Assembly: GCA_014730115.1 (NCBI GenBank)
Contig: WJIU01000024.1
Location: 41,316 to 105,315, forward strand
Direction of reading: 5' to 3'
DNA from: Candidatus Micrarchaeota archaeon
GTDB lineage: Archaea; Micrarchaeota; Micrarchaeia; Anstonellales; Bilamarchaeaceae
DNA: 64,000 nucleotides
The translations under genes were made by a program, and so were the position numbers. This document shows, in pieces, positions 55,065-64,000 of the stretch. Position 1 is the stretch's first letter. Each line of letters opens with the position of its first letter. The notes under the pieces were generated by a model that saw nothing but the letters and a program-made list of their open reading frames with translations, searched no databases and was not told the DNA's origin.

Positions 55065-57781
55065 TCCAGCACAATGGACGGCTTGTCGGGCAGCGAGCTT
55101 TCGGCCTTGGGGTGCTTTCCTTCCTCTTCCGGAAGAATCTCCACCATGCAGTCAAACTCCCTGGAAAAGAACTGCCTGGCGTCAATCAGTGCGGCCAGCT
55201 CTTCATCCTGGGAGAGTATCTCCGGAAGGGCATGGGCGTTTTTGATTAACTGCTTAACCACCTTCTGCACGGATTTCATGGGGAGGCCCTCGGCTGCTGC
55301 CGCAGCCATCACCTTTTCAAATATCTTGTGCTTCTTTACCAGCCTGAAGATTTTCCCTTTTCCTTCGCCTGCCACGTAGATTGTGACCCGGGAGGGTTTT
55401 TTGCCTATCAGCCCGGAAATCTTTTCTATGTCCTGGTGCACCTTCTTTATCAGCTCTTCCCCCTTTTCCAGCTTTTTATCTATTCTGGACTGGTCCGCTT
55501 CAGGAAATTCCCTGAATGTAGCCAGACCGCTGTTGCCAAGTATTTCCCAGTACTCCTCGGCATAATGCGGCATGAACGGGGCAATCATTACCACCCATTT
55601 CTGGAAGAATTCATGGAGGTTGGGCTCTTCCGCCCTTTTCATGTACCACTGGAGATCGGAGACCACACCATAGAAAATCTCCAGGCCCAGGTGCCTGATT
55701 GAAAGCTGATTGTAAAGGCTTTCGGCATTTTCGATTTTTCTGTTGAGCCTGGAGAGCAGCCACCGGTCAATGCGGCCATGGGGCTTGCTGCCGGCCTCCC
55801 CAGATTTTTGGATAAGTTTTGTAATATAGGAAAGCCTGGAGCGGACACCATCAGCCACGCTCTGGTTGAAATCGGTGTCGCTGGAAAGGTCGGCACCGCT
55901 TATCACCGCAAACCGTATCACATCCGCGCCATATTCCCTGATTGCCTTCCTGAGGGGAAGGATATTACCCATGCTCTTGCTCATCTTGCTGCCGTCCATC
56001 AGCACAAAGCCGTTTGTGACAATCTGCGCCGGCCAGTGCTCTTTTTTCATCAGGGCAACGTGATTGAATATGTAAAGGGTCAGGTGGTTCCTCACCAAAT
56101 CGCCTGCACTGTGCCTGGAATCGCAGGGATACCAGTATAGAAAGCTTTCCCTGAGCTTTTCCAGCTTCTCGCTGCCTTCCCCCCTGCCAAGGAAGACATA
56201 ATCAAAAAACCCGTCATCCATCTCTGAGGCCGGTATATCCTCAAGCAGATGGGATATGGTGTAGAATGCCATGTAAAGCGTTGAGTCGGAAAGCGCCTCA
56301 ATAACCTTGCTTTCATCAAAGGGAAACTTTGTGCCCAGGCCGGTGGAGCGTGTGCAGGGCCGGGTCTTAAGCCAGTCTATGGTATAAAGGAATTCACTCC
56401 GGGCATTCTCCGGCACCACTGACATGGACTCCAGGCATTCCTTTGCCTTTTCCTTCCACTCCGGGATTCCGTAGTCCACGAACCACTGGTCCTTGATGAC
56501 ATTGACCACCGCATGGCAGCCGCAGCGGCAGTAAACAGGGCCGTTGGCAATGGTGACTATCTCAAAGCCCTTGTCCGCGGAGATAAGGTCCTTGGCAACC
56601 TTTTCCTTTGCAACGGCGACCGGCTCTCCCCTGTACCTGCCCACCGCCATGGCCCCTTCATGCGCCTCCCTGGTGTAAATCTCCTTGGTGGCCTTTTCGG
56701 CAAGAGGGTCGTCCTGGTTTTTCACTCCCAGCTCTTCCACCGCATCCCTTGCCGGGTTTTTGCTGTAGCCCTTGAGTTCAATCACCTGGGGCATGTCGAT
56801 ATTCCCCTTTCCGATGTCCCGGAGGGCAAGATAATCCTTTGGCGCATGGGCGGGCACACTCATGACTATCCCGGTGCCGGTTTCAGGATTAACAAAGCTG
56901 GCGGAATACACCGGCACTTCCTTGCCGTTTATCGGGTTCACCGGCTTCATTTTCAGAACTTCATGGGCACTTATGTCCCCTGTAACTTCATGGCCGGTCT
57001 GTAACTGAAGCACCTCTGCCGCCTTTTTGGCCATAATGATTGTCTCCCCCATGTAATTTACCCTGACATATTCCGCATCTGGGTTTATCCAGATGTTGGT
57101 GGCTCCATAGACGGTCTCGGGACGGTAGGTTGTTACCACAAGGGATTCGCCATTTGCCCTGAACTTGATGACAGTCACATCCTCCAGCTCGGGGTCAATA
57201 TCGCCCTTGGTGTCGTGTGCGCTCAGGGGGTTCTGGTCCTCCGGGCACCAGGCGATAGGGTATTCGCCTTTCACCAGATAACCCATCTTCTGGAGCTTCC
57301 TGAACTGCCACTGGATGAAACGGTTGAACTTTTCGTCATAGGAATAGAACTTTCTTCTCCAGTCAATGGAATAGCCCATCTCCTTCATTCCCTTTTCTAT
57401 TTCATCAGAGAAGTATCTGACCAGGTCTTCCGGCTTGCTCAGGGATTCCGCAGTCTTCCGGGGTATCCCGTATATATTCTCAAAGACCGCAAGCACTGCC
57501 TCGTCTTTTTCCCTTATCCGCTTTGCCATTGCAATGATGGGGGTGCCGGTGACATGAAAGGCCATCGGAAAAAGCACATTGTAGCCCTTAAGCCGGAGGT
57601 ACCTTGCATATATGTCTGCAGTGGTGTAGGTCCTGGCATGCCCAATGTGCTGGGGCGAATTGGGATAGGGAAAGGCTGCGGTGATGTACTTCTTTTTCCT
57701 GTCGGCCCCCGGGTCGGCATGGAATGCCTTTTCCTCGGTCCATCTCCTGGACCATTTAGATTCAACAGCAGAAAAATCCAT
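55061..57781 (-). CDS. leuS: Leucyl-tRNA synthetase (archaeal type)
   Basis: HIGH region PYPNSPQHIGHARTY, KMSKS as KMSKSMGN, and the CP1 editing domain. 906 aa. Confidence 0.9.
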   Translation of the reverse strand: MDFSAVESKWSRRWTEEKAFHADPGADRKKKYITAAFPYPNSPQHIGHARTYTTADIYARYLRLKGYNVLFPMAFHVTGTPIIAMAKRIREKDEAVLAVFENIYGIPRKTAESLSKPEDLVRYFSDEIEKGMKEMGYSIDWRRKFYSYDEKFNRFIQWQFRKLQKMGYLVKGEYPIAWCPEDQNPLSAHDTKGDIDPELEDVTVIKFRANGESLVVTTYRPETVYGATNIWINPDAEYVRVNYMGETIIMAKKAAEVLQLQTGHEVTGDISAHEVLKMKPVNPINGKEVPVYSASFVNPETGTGIVMSVPAHAPKDYLALRDIGKGNIDMPQVIELKGYSKNPARDAVEELGVKNQDDPLAEKATKEIYTREAHEGAMAVGRYRGEPVAVAKEKVAKDLISADKGFEIVTIANGPVYCRCGCHAVVNVIKDQWFVDYGIPEWKEKAKECLESMSVVPENARSEFLYTIDWLKTRPCTRSTGLGTKFPFDESKVIEALSDSTLYMAFYTISHLLEDIPASEMDDGFFDYVFLGRGEGSEKLEKLRESFLYWYPCDSRHSAGDLVRNHLTLYIFNHVALMKKEHWPAQIVTNGFVLMDGSKMSKSMGNILPLRKAIREYGADVIRFAVISGADLSSDTDFNQSVADGVRSRLSYITKLIQKSGEAGSKPHGRIDRWLLSRLNRKIENAESLYNQLSIRHLGLEIFYGVVSDLQWYMKRAEEPNLHEFFQKWVVMIAPFMPHYAEEYWEILGNSGLATFREFPEADQSRIDKKLEKGEELIKKVHQDIEKISGLIGKKPSRVTIYVAGEGKGKIFRLVKKHKIFEKVMAAAAAEGLPMKSVQKVVKQLIKNAHALPEILSQDEELAALIDARQFFSREFDCMVEILPEEEGKHPKAESSLPDKPSIVLE

Positions 57782-57807
57782 GGCATTTTATAGACTGGGA
57801 AGTGTTT

Positions 57808-59403
57808 TTAAGAGTGGCTCTGCCCGAACCGCTTTCCCGGTTCCGGCCTTTTCCTGAGCAGGGCCCAGACAAAGAGCAGGAGAAGTATGAAAAAGCCTCC
57901 ATAGTCAAAGAAAGGCACCAGCAGGCAGCAGTACGCCAGAACACCGCCTGCCCCGAAGAGGACTGCAAGCATCTCGCCTGCGTTGTGGACTGCATGGAAG
58001 CCCGCCGCAATTGGCACCCCTGCCAGAAGACCCAGCGCAGGCGCACGGAACCCCCTCTCCACAAGAAGGCCTATTGCCCCGCCGGTAATTGCCGTGTAGA
58101 AGCCATGGTTGGCAGAGAACAGTATGGAGCGGAGCATAAACAGAAAGAACCAGGAAAGGATGTCCGAGCCCATGGGATACTGCAGAAGGTATATCCAGTC
58201 TTCAATGAATGAAAATCCCATGCCAATCACAAAGCCGTAAACCAGCCCGTCCTCTATGGAATTGAATTCCCGGTGCTCCCCCAGCAGGGCTATTCCCGAG
58301 CCCTTGTAGAATTCCTCCACCACCGGCGCAAACAGAAAGGTCCCCAGAAAGCCTATTCCGGCAACTTCCATGGCCAGCCCCAGCGCAGAATTGAGGCCTA
58401 TTGCCATGAGTGCGGCAAGCATGCCCCAAAGAAAGAAGGTGATGATGAGCCTGAGAGGCTCCCTTTCCCTGAAGTCCGCATACCACCATGCCGCACACCA
58501 GAGAAACGGGGCAATAAATGCAAGCAGGCCGGAAAAGAAAAAGGCAACAAACGCAGTTCCGGATTTCCAGACCTCTGCAGTGGCCAGCATATACATTAAA
58601 ATTGCGGCAATGCCGGCAATCTCAAACATCCAGAAATACGGGGAGGCCAAAAAAGAGTTGAATTTCTGGAGGATTGTCTTCTTGTTTCTGAAGGGATTCA
58701 GGAGGGAAAAGACAGTATATTCCTGGTCATGGTGCTTCGTCCTGGATGCAATATATGCAACCGCCAGGGTAAGGGGAAACACAACGAGCAGATACACTGC
58801 AGCGATTCCCAGGACAAGGTAAAGCGAGATATTCCAGAAGCTTTCCTCATAGTTTCGCCAGTCGGCATATACCCTGACCGGCCCGGACACATACTCCCCT
58901 TCTTCGCTGTAGAAGGTTGCAAATACCAGGTACGCCCCGGAGCCGTTGTAGTGATAGGGTATATAGCCGGTGCAGTTGTGGCGGGTCATCCCGGCATAGC
59001 TTTCGCCATAGAAAATGTGGTCTCCCATACAGTCAACCTGGTACAGGTGTTTCCCTTCCCCATATACATCCAGGTAGAGCAGGTCAAATTCTTCCATGGG
59101 AGGAGTGGTTATGGTGAAATTAAGCCGATGAGGGGAGGTGTCCGGAGCAATTGATTTGTCATCTCCCAGCAAAACAAAATCTGGCTCCCTTTCCATGGAT
59201 GCAACCGCTTCCAGCCCAAGGCTGTCGCCAAAAGGCAGGAAAAGAACCGCAATACTGACTGATATTCCGGCCAGCACTGCGGCAAGCACAAGAATTACGA
59301 ATATGCGGTTCACTGATTCAAGCATTGGTGATAGTTGCCGCAAAAGGTTATAAAACAGGAAAGAAGTTATATATTGTGGGGAAAGGCGAAAGTATTTAAA
59401 CAA
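57808..59403 (-). CDS. PrsW-family intramembrane metalloprotease with extracellular N-terminal domain
   Basis: EExxK (VVEEFYKG), FxxxH (FSANHGFYT) and HxxxN (FHAVHNAG) motifs lie on TM helices. The ~200-aa N-terminal domain follows a signal anchor. Confidence 0.55.
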   Translation of the reverse strand: MFKYFRLSPQYITSFLFYNLLRQLSPMLESVNRIFVILVLAAVLAGISVSIAVLFLPFGDSLGLEAVASMEREPDFVLLGDDKSIAPDTSPHRLNFTITTPPMEEFDLLYLDVYGEGKHLYQVDCMGDHIFYGESYAGMTRHNCTGYIPYHYNGSGAYLVFATFYSEEGEYVSGPVRVYADWRNYEESFWNISLYLVLGIAAVYLLVVFPLTLAVAYIASRTKHHDQEYTVFSLLNPFRNKKTILQKFNSFLASPYFWMFEIAGIAAILMYMLATAEVWKSGTAFVAFFFSGLLAFIAPFLWCAAWWYADFREREPLRLIITFFLWGMLAALMAIGLNSALGLAMEVAGIGFLGTFLFAPVVEEFYKGSGIALLGEHREFNSIEDGLVYGFVIGMGFSFIEDWIYLLQYPMGSDILSWFFLFMLRSILFSANHGFYTAITGGAIGLLVERGFRAPALGLLAGVPIAAGFHAVHNAGEMLAVLFGAGGVLAYCCLLVPFFDYGGFFILLLLFVWALLRKRPEPGKRFGQSHS

Positions 59404-59498
59404 TACAATGCATAATAGAAGTGTTTATTTGAGAGTAAAAAAGGTAGAAAAGAAATCTGAGATTCCCTTTTAAAGATTTTCAGATTAACATAGAAACC

Positions 59499-59930
59499 AT
59501 GGGATCAGATTTGAGAGTGGGAGACATTATGACTACAAAGGTCATAGTGATACCATTTGGCAAAACTGCTCTCGATGTTGCAAAATTGATGAAAAAACAT
59601 AGCATCGGATCAGTAATCATTGTAGAGGATAAAGCTGGCAAGCATGCCAAGGGAATCATCACCGAAAGAGACATCGTATACAAGGCACTGGCCAAGGGTG
59701 AAGACCCCAGAAATGCCAAAGTGGAGAAAATCATGTCCAAGCCGCTCCGGGTCGTAAGGCCCGAAACCACCATAGAGGAAGCGGCAAGAGCGATGCAGGA
59801 AAACAAGATAAAGAGGCTTCCGGTGGTCAACGATGAAAGCGAACTCATAGGCATTCTCAGCGAAGGAGACATAATGAAGATATTCCCTGTCGTGGTGGAC
59901 CTTATAGAAGAAAGGGCCGCACTGACGTGA
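59499..59930 (+). CDS. CBS-domain pair protein
   Basis: Two CBS motifs (HSIGSVIIVED...GIITERDI and IKRLPVVNDESELIGILSEGDI). 143 aa. Confidence 0.8.
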   Translation: MGSDLRVGDIMTTKVIVIPFGKTALDVAKLMKKHSIGSVIIVEDKAGKHAKGIITERDIVYKALAKGEDPRNAKVEKIMSKPLRVVRPETTIEEAARAMQENKIKRLPVVNDESELIGILSEGDIMKIFPVVVDLIEERAALT

Positions 59931-59984
59931 TACTCATGCCAATGCTGTGCATGGATGGCCACCTGAGCTTCAAGCTATGACGGA

Positions 59985-60452
59985 ATGCCTGCCCTGAAAG
60001 GGGGAGGCAGCCTTGGAAAAGGCGGTCAACAGTGCACAGCGAATGTTTCTCATTCTCTCCGATCCCGGAGGCAGTATTTGGAAATAAAGGATAGGCTGAA
60101 ACGCTTGGAAAAGCTTCTTCAGAAAATCAGGAAAGGCCCTGTCTTTGTGGAAGGAAAAAAAGACAGGGAAGCGCTGGAAGCGCTGGGTGTGAAAAACATT
60201 CTGACGATTTCCGGAAACCTCCGACTGAGCTGCAGGAAGCTGAAAAACGCTGAAAGGGTGTTTGTGCTTACCGATTTGGACCGGCGGGGCGATGAACTGG
60301 CCGTGAAGGCCAGGGATGAACTGGAGGCACTTTCGGTAAAGGCAGACCTTGAGACAAGGAAGCTGCTCGCGCACACCCTGAGAATAAGGTTTTTCGAGGA
60401 AGCGGAAAGAGCATATAAGGAATTGATTGAAGAAGGTGAAAAAAATGGCTAA
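59985..60452 (+). CDS. Small Toprim-domain protein
   Basis: VFVEGKKDREALEALGV...VFVLTDLDRRGDELA carries the Toprim E and DxD motifs. It lies directly upstream of dnaG and overlaps it by 26 nt. Confidence 0.55.
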   Translation: MPALKGGGSLGKGGQQCTANVSHSLRSRRQYLEIKDRLKRLEKLLQKIRKGPVFVEGKKDREALEALGVKNILTISGNLRLSCRKLKNAERVFVLTDLDRRGDELAVKARDELEALSVKADLETRKLLAHTLRIRFFEEAERAYKELIEEGEKNG

Positions 60453-61689
60453 AACATACATTGATACAGTAAAATACCTGGTTTACACGAACGTGGAAAT
60501 CGACGGGCTTGTGGAAAAGCCCGATGTTGTAGGCGCAATATTCGGACAGACCGAAGGCCTGCTCGGCGATGAGCTGGACCTCCGGGACCTCCAGAAAAAC
60601 GGAAGGATTGGCAGGATAGAGGTTGACCTTTCCGGAAAGGGGGGAAGGACTACGGGAGTAATCAAGATACCCAGCAGCCTGGACATGGTGGAGACCTGCA
60701 TTATCGCAGCCGCCCTGGAGACAGTTGACAGGGTCGGCCCCTGTGAGGCAAAGCTGAAGATAACCAAGATAGAGGATACCAGGAGTGTAAAGAGAAAGAG
60801 GCTGGTAGACCGGGCCAAGGGGCTCCTGAAGAATCTCCTTGACACCGAGATTCCTGAAAGCAGGGAGATTTCCCAGATGGTCAGGGATGAAGTCAAGACC
60901 GCAGAAATAAAGCAGTATGGACCGGACCGGCTTCCGGCAGGGCCCTTAATCGACAAAAGCGACGAGGTCATTTTCGTAGAAGGAAGGGCAGATGTAATAA
61001 ACCTGCTAAAGAACGACATAACCAACGTCGTTGCAATCGGCGGTGCAAAGGTCACCAGGACCATTGTAAATATCTCCAAGAAAAAGGAGGTTACCCTGTT
61101 CCTCGACGGTGACCGCGGCGGCGACATCATCCTGAATGAGCTTGCCCAGGGCGGAGTTGACATAGACTTTGTGGCAAGGGCACCCACCGGCATTGAGGTG
61201 GAAGAGCTTACCAGGAAGGAGATGATAAAGCTTCTGCGCAACAAGGTGCCTTATGAGCAGAACGCGGATGCAAAGAAAGAAAGGAAGTCAGCTGAGACTC
61301 CGCCGCGAAGGCAGGAATCCAGGAAACCGACACAGTCAAAAAGCAGGTCAGAGGCCAAGGCAGAAAAAAAGGAGCCTGAGAAGGCGCCTGAGCCGCCGGC
61401 CAGGATTTCCAAGGAAGACCTGCTCAAGGAACTGGACAGCCTTGGGAACACCCTTCGGGCAAGGTTCTACAACAGCAACCTGGAAAGGGTCTCTGAAGTC
61501 CCGGTAAGGGATGTGATAAAATCCCTCAGCGAGACCAAGGATGTGCATGCCATTGTATTTGACGGCATCATAACCCAGAGGCTCGCAGACTTGGCATCCA
61601 GGCAGGGAGTCAAAATACTGGTTGGCCTGAAGATAGGAAACGTCAACAAGGTGCCTGAGAATATCGAAATAATAACCAAAAACAAATAA
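60427..61689 (+). CDS. dnaG: Archaeal DnaG-like primase (Toprim; exosome-associated type)
   Basis: The N-terminal archaeal DnaG domain is YLVYTNVEIDGLVEKPDVVGAIFGQTEGLL. The Toprim motifs are VIFVEGRADV and FLDGDRGGD. A basic disordered linker is present. Confidence 0.85.
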   Translation: MKKVKKMAKTYIDTVKYLVYTNVEIDGLVEKPDVVGAIFGQTEGLLGDELDLRDLQKNGRIGRIEVDLSGKGGRTTGVIKIPSSLDMVETCIIAAALETVDRVGPCEAKLKITKIEDTRSVKRKRLVDRAKGLLKNLLDTEIPESREISQMVRDEVKTAEIKQYGPDRLPAGPLIDKSDEVIFVEGRADVINLLKNDITNVVAIGGAKVTRTIVNISKKKEVTLFLDGDRGGDIILNELAQGGVDIDFVARAPTGIEVEELTRKEMIKLLRNKVPYEQNADAKKERKSAETPPRRQESRKPTQSKSRSEAKAEKKEPEKAPEPPARISKEDLLKELDSLGNTLRARFYNSNLERVSEVPVRDVIKSLSETKDVHAIVFDGIITQRLADLASRQGVKILVGLKIGNVNKVPENIEIITKNK

Positions 61690-61704
61690 TTTTCTTCTTT
61701 TTTT

Positions 61705-62211
61705 TTACTGCGACTTTTTATACATGCTCAGGTCAAATGAGGCAAGATAGGTTGAGTCGTCAGGAGAGTCCACCACGGTGGCAAGCCTTCTCAGCTTGAC
61801 CACGTCAGCCACATCAGGCTCGGTAGATGGGTCAGTCCCGATTTCGGTTTCTGTGCCGTTGGCAAGATTGGTAATTTTGAGGTATACGCCATAGGAAGAG
61901 CCGGTGACGTTCCGCAGCCAGGCAGCATCCTGCGACGCGGCACAGGAAATAACGCTGGAATCAACCCTCCGGTCGTCCCAGCCTTTTGCAAAGCCAAGCC
62001 TCTCCATGGTGGCGCAGTCTGCCGAAGGCTCCGGAGGAGTAAACATAAGATTGGAAATCCTTACCGCATCCCTGGAAAGCTGGTCATTCTGGTAGTCCAG
62101 GAACGACCGGACGCTGTGCCAGTAAGAAAGCAGGGCTACCAGCGCCAGCACGAAAATGACTGAAGCGATAATCGCATCAAAGCTGAAATACTGTCCTCTC
62201 ATATCAAACAC
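61705..62211 (-). CDS. Type IV pilin-like protein (class III signal peptide)
   Basis: MFDMRGQYFSFDAIIASVIFVLALVALL has an RGQ|Y cleavage context and a hydrophobic helix. Confidence 0.55.
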   Translation of the reverse strand: MFDMRGQYFSFDAIIASVIFVLALVALLSYWHSVRSFLDYQNDQLSRDAVRISNLMFTPPEPSADCATMERLGFAKGWDDRRVDSSVISCAASQDAAWLRNVTGSSYGVYLKITNLANGTETEIGTDPSTEPDVADVVKLRRLATVVDSPDDSTYLASFDLSMYKKSQ

Positions 62212-62679
62212 CTAAGGCTGCTGCGTAATAGTAAGATTCTCACCATCGTTATTTAACATTAACATATTGGAGCATGAGGTACTGTTAAGCACATCACCGC
62301 TGATGCACCCCCCCTGAATCTCATACTTGTATGCCGGAACCACGTATGAATAGCTGAAGTCTCCATAGCTGCCTTCCCATTCCAGAACCATGAAGCCGTC
62401 AGAAAGGTTGGTGAAATAAACCTGGTAGGGAAGGCCGAATATCGTCCGGGGGAAAGTATAGTTGTAGGAGAAGCCAGTCCCCCCCTTTACCGAAAGGGTC
62501 ATGGCATTGGCAAAGGACTCTCCAGTTTCCTTTGCCACAATATTCTGCTGAAGGGGGATTTCGGTGGAAAGCAGCTGATTGACCACTACAAATGCAGCTA
62601 TTGTTATGAACATGAATACTGCAGTGTAAAGAAGGAATTCCGTGGCCACTTGACCTCTCTTATGAGGAATAGGGGTCAA
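62212..62679 (-). CDS. Type IV pilin-like protein (class III signal peptide)
   Basis: The N-terminus reads HKRGQVATEFLLYTAVFMFITIAAFVV. Confidence 0.55.
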   Translation of the reverse strand: MTPIPHKRGQVATEFLLYTAVFMFITIAAFVVVNQLLSTEIPLQQNIVAKETGESFANAMTLSVKGGTGFSYNYTFPRTIFGLPYQVYFTNLSDGFMVLEWEGSYGDFSYSYVVPAYKYEIQGGCISGDVLNSTSCSNMLMLNNDGENLTITQQP

Positions 62680-63088
62680 CCAATCTCACCTTGCCGTTCT
62701 CATTCCTGACGTCTATGATGAAAAGCCCTGTCTTGCCGCTGAGGTCCTGCACCCCGCTGGTCTCTGCCATGGTAGTGTGCACTGCCTCAAAGGTTCCCCT
62801 GGATGTCTCTATCTGTACGACCACCTCCCGGTCGTCCACATAAATCCTTTCAGTGGAAGCAGGGACGTTCATGAGAATGCGCCTCTCCGCACCGGGCCCC
62901 TGCGAATAGACAGAATTCATGGTGTCTGAGAGCGTCCGGGAAGCGGCCTCGGCCTGCGCTATTGCGGTGTCCTCATATCCTACGGATGTAAATGAAAACA
63001 TCAGGAAGATTACCGGAAGAGTGAATGCAACCACTATTCCCACCGTAACCAAAAGCTCAAGTGAGGATTGTCCTTTCATTCGCCACAC
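62660..63088 (-). CDS. Type IV pilin-like protein (class III signal peptide)
   Basis: The N-terminus reads MKGQSSLELLVTVGIVVAFTLPVIFLMF. Confidence 0.6.
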   Translation of the reverse strand: MWRMKGQSSLELLVTVGIVVAFTLPVIFLMFSFTSVGYEDTAIAQAEAASRTLSDTMNSVYSQGPGAERRILMNVPASTERIYVDDREVVVQIETSRGTFEAVHTTMAETSGVQDLSGKTGLFIIDVRNENGKVRLVDPYSS

Positions 63089-63984
63089 CCCGCTCCGCTG
63101 TCACAGGATATCGTATCCATGCCGTAATCATCCCTTGTGTCGTCGCTCACCGCGAATATGCCTGTAACCGGCTCATCTGAGCACATTGCAAAGTCCTTGC
63201 ATCCGGGCATCCCCCTTACCCTTATGCCGGATACCTCGTCAAACAGCTCCCGGTCCAGCCTGCTGTATAAATCATAAACAGAATCGTTGGCGTAATTCCC
63301 TATGATAAATGTCTCAATGCCATAAGCAGAGGAGTTCTTTTCATAGGAATCCTCGAGAAGCCTCTGAAGATAGGACGGTGCATCAGGATTCTTGGTGTAG
63401 TAGCCGCACATAGTGAAATCCCGGAGCAGCTCCACATCATACAGGCCTCCCCCCCCATCGTCCTTGCTGCCGGGGTCGTCGGAAACTTCTTCAGGGCTGT
63501 GGGCTGCAATCATCAGGGCGCATCTCCTGGTCTCATTGCTGCCGTCAAGTACAGGGCAGACCGGCGCATCAGTCACATTGAATCCCGGCGCAATAGCATA
63601 AGGCCTGCTGGTCTGGGGATTTCCCAGATAAGGCTCGCATTCGGGGTCAGGAGTGTGCCTTATAGGATTGAAGGTGCCTTCTTCCTCATCCCCGCAGGTG
63701 GTGCTGTAGGTGGAAGTCGAAGATGTCACTATGTACCCCTTGAACTCCTCATATACCGAAGGGCCGAGGTACACTATCTCATCATAGGTTCCTACCAGGA
63801 CATAGTTTCTCCTGCTGAAGCCGCCGGTCTTGGGAACCAGGCCGTAAGAAGGCACCCCGTCTGCAGTGCCGTTGGCAAGCGCAAGCGGGCCGTATATCCA
63901 TCCCTGTCCAGCATCAACAGACTGGGGAAGAGTGCTCACCGAAACATCGGTGTAATCATCATAATTATCATGGAAAAAGAACAT
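63076..63984 (-). CDS. Secreted Cys-containing protein adjacent to the pilin cluster (possible pilus-associated adhesin/minor subunit), may extend beyond the window end
   Basis: A 302-aa ORF with acidic N-terminus, Gly/Tyr/Pro-rich segments and paired Cys. The first Met is 16 nt from the window edge, so the N-terminus is uncertain. Confidence 0.4.
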   Translation of the reverse strand: MFFFHDNYDDYTDVSVSTLPQSVDAGQGWIYGPLALANGTADGVPSYGLVPKTGGFSRRNYVLVGTYDEIVYLGPSVYEEFKGYIVTSSTSTYSTTCGDEEEGTFNPIRHTPDPECEPYLGNPQTSRPYAIAPGFNVTDAPVCPVLDGSNETRRCALMIAAHSPEEVSDDPGSKDDGGGGLYDVELLRDFTMCGYYTKNPDAPSYLQRLLEDSYEKNSSAYGIETFIIGNYANDSVYDLYSRLDRELFDEVSGIRVRGMPGCKDFAMCSDEPVTGIFAVSDDTRDDYGMDTISCDSGAGCGE

Positions 63985-64000
63985 CCGGTATGCAGTAAGG

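Overview
The window is a gene-dense stretch of an archaeal chromosome at roughly 50% GC. The archaeal assignment rests on a standard gene set: FtsZ next to SecE and Spt5, MCM, DnaG-type primase, a short XPF nuclease, archaeal-type MetRS and LeuRS, Trm1/Trm5/TruD, ribosomal protein S8e, Cgi121, ApgM, a presenilin-like GxGD protease, and class-III-signal-peptide pilins.

Most of the window is housekeeping (translation, replication, cell division, tRNA modification). Several accessory blocks sit among these genes:

1. An Ech-like group-4 membrane-bound [NiFe] hydrogenase operon with its HycI maturation protease. Its NuoB-like small subunit is interrupted by a 551-aa LAGLIDADG intein inserted exactly in the proximal-cluster GxCNGC motif.
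2. A type IV filament locus (VirB11/FlaI-like ATPase, split TadB/TadC-like platform, prepilin) with unusual partners: two ~550-aa coiled-coil proteins, one with an N-terminal winged helix, and a divergently encoded 517-aa protein of four tandem winged-helix-like domains joined by Pro/Glu-rich linkers. This is the best candidate for an undescribed system in the window.
3. tRNA genes on the minus strand with non-canonical introns. tRNA-Gly(CCC) appears to carry a ~30-nt D-loop intron. tRNA-Glu(CUC) spans about 209 nt with two apparent introns. A 31-nt direct repeat of the tRNA-Glu 3' end lies 730 bp away, and the two copies bracket a RelE/antitoxin pair, as in an integrase-mediated mini-island.
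4. tRNA-His with an adjacent C-terminal fragment of a tyrosine integrase, next to a secreted Cys-rich zinc metalloprotease (degraded integrated element).
5. Two proteins with extreme Lys-rich (KKKTAKKK-type) tracts, one containing a perfect 45-bp tandem DNA duplication.
6. A membrane-anchored winged-helix regulator with an extracellular domain, next to secreted acidic proteins.
7. A thiol-disulfide cluster (DsbA-like, SufS, Trx-membrane fusion).

All calls come from reading the sequence and the ORF translations only. No database searches were run.
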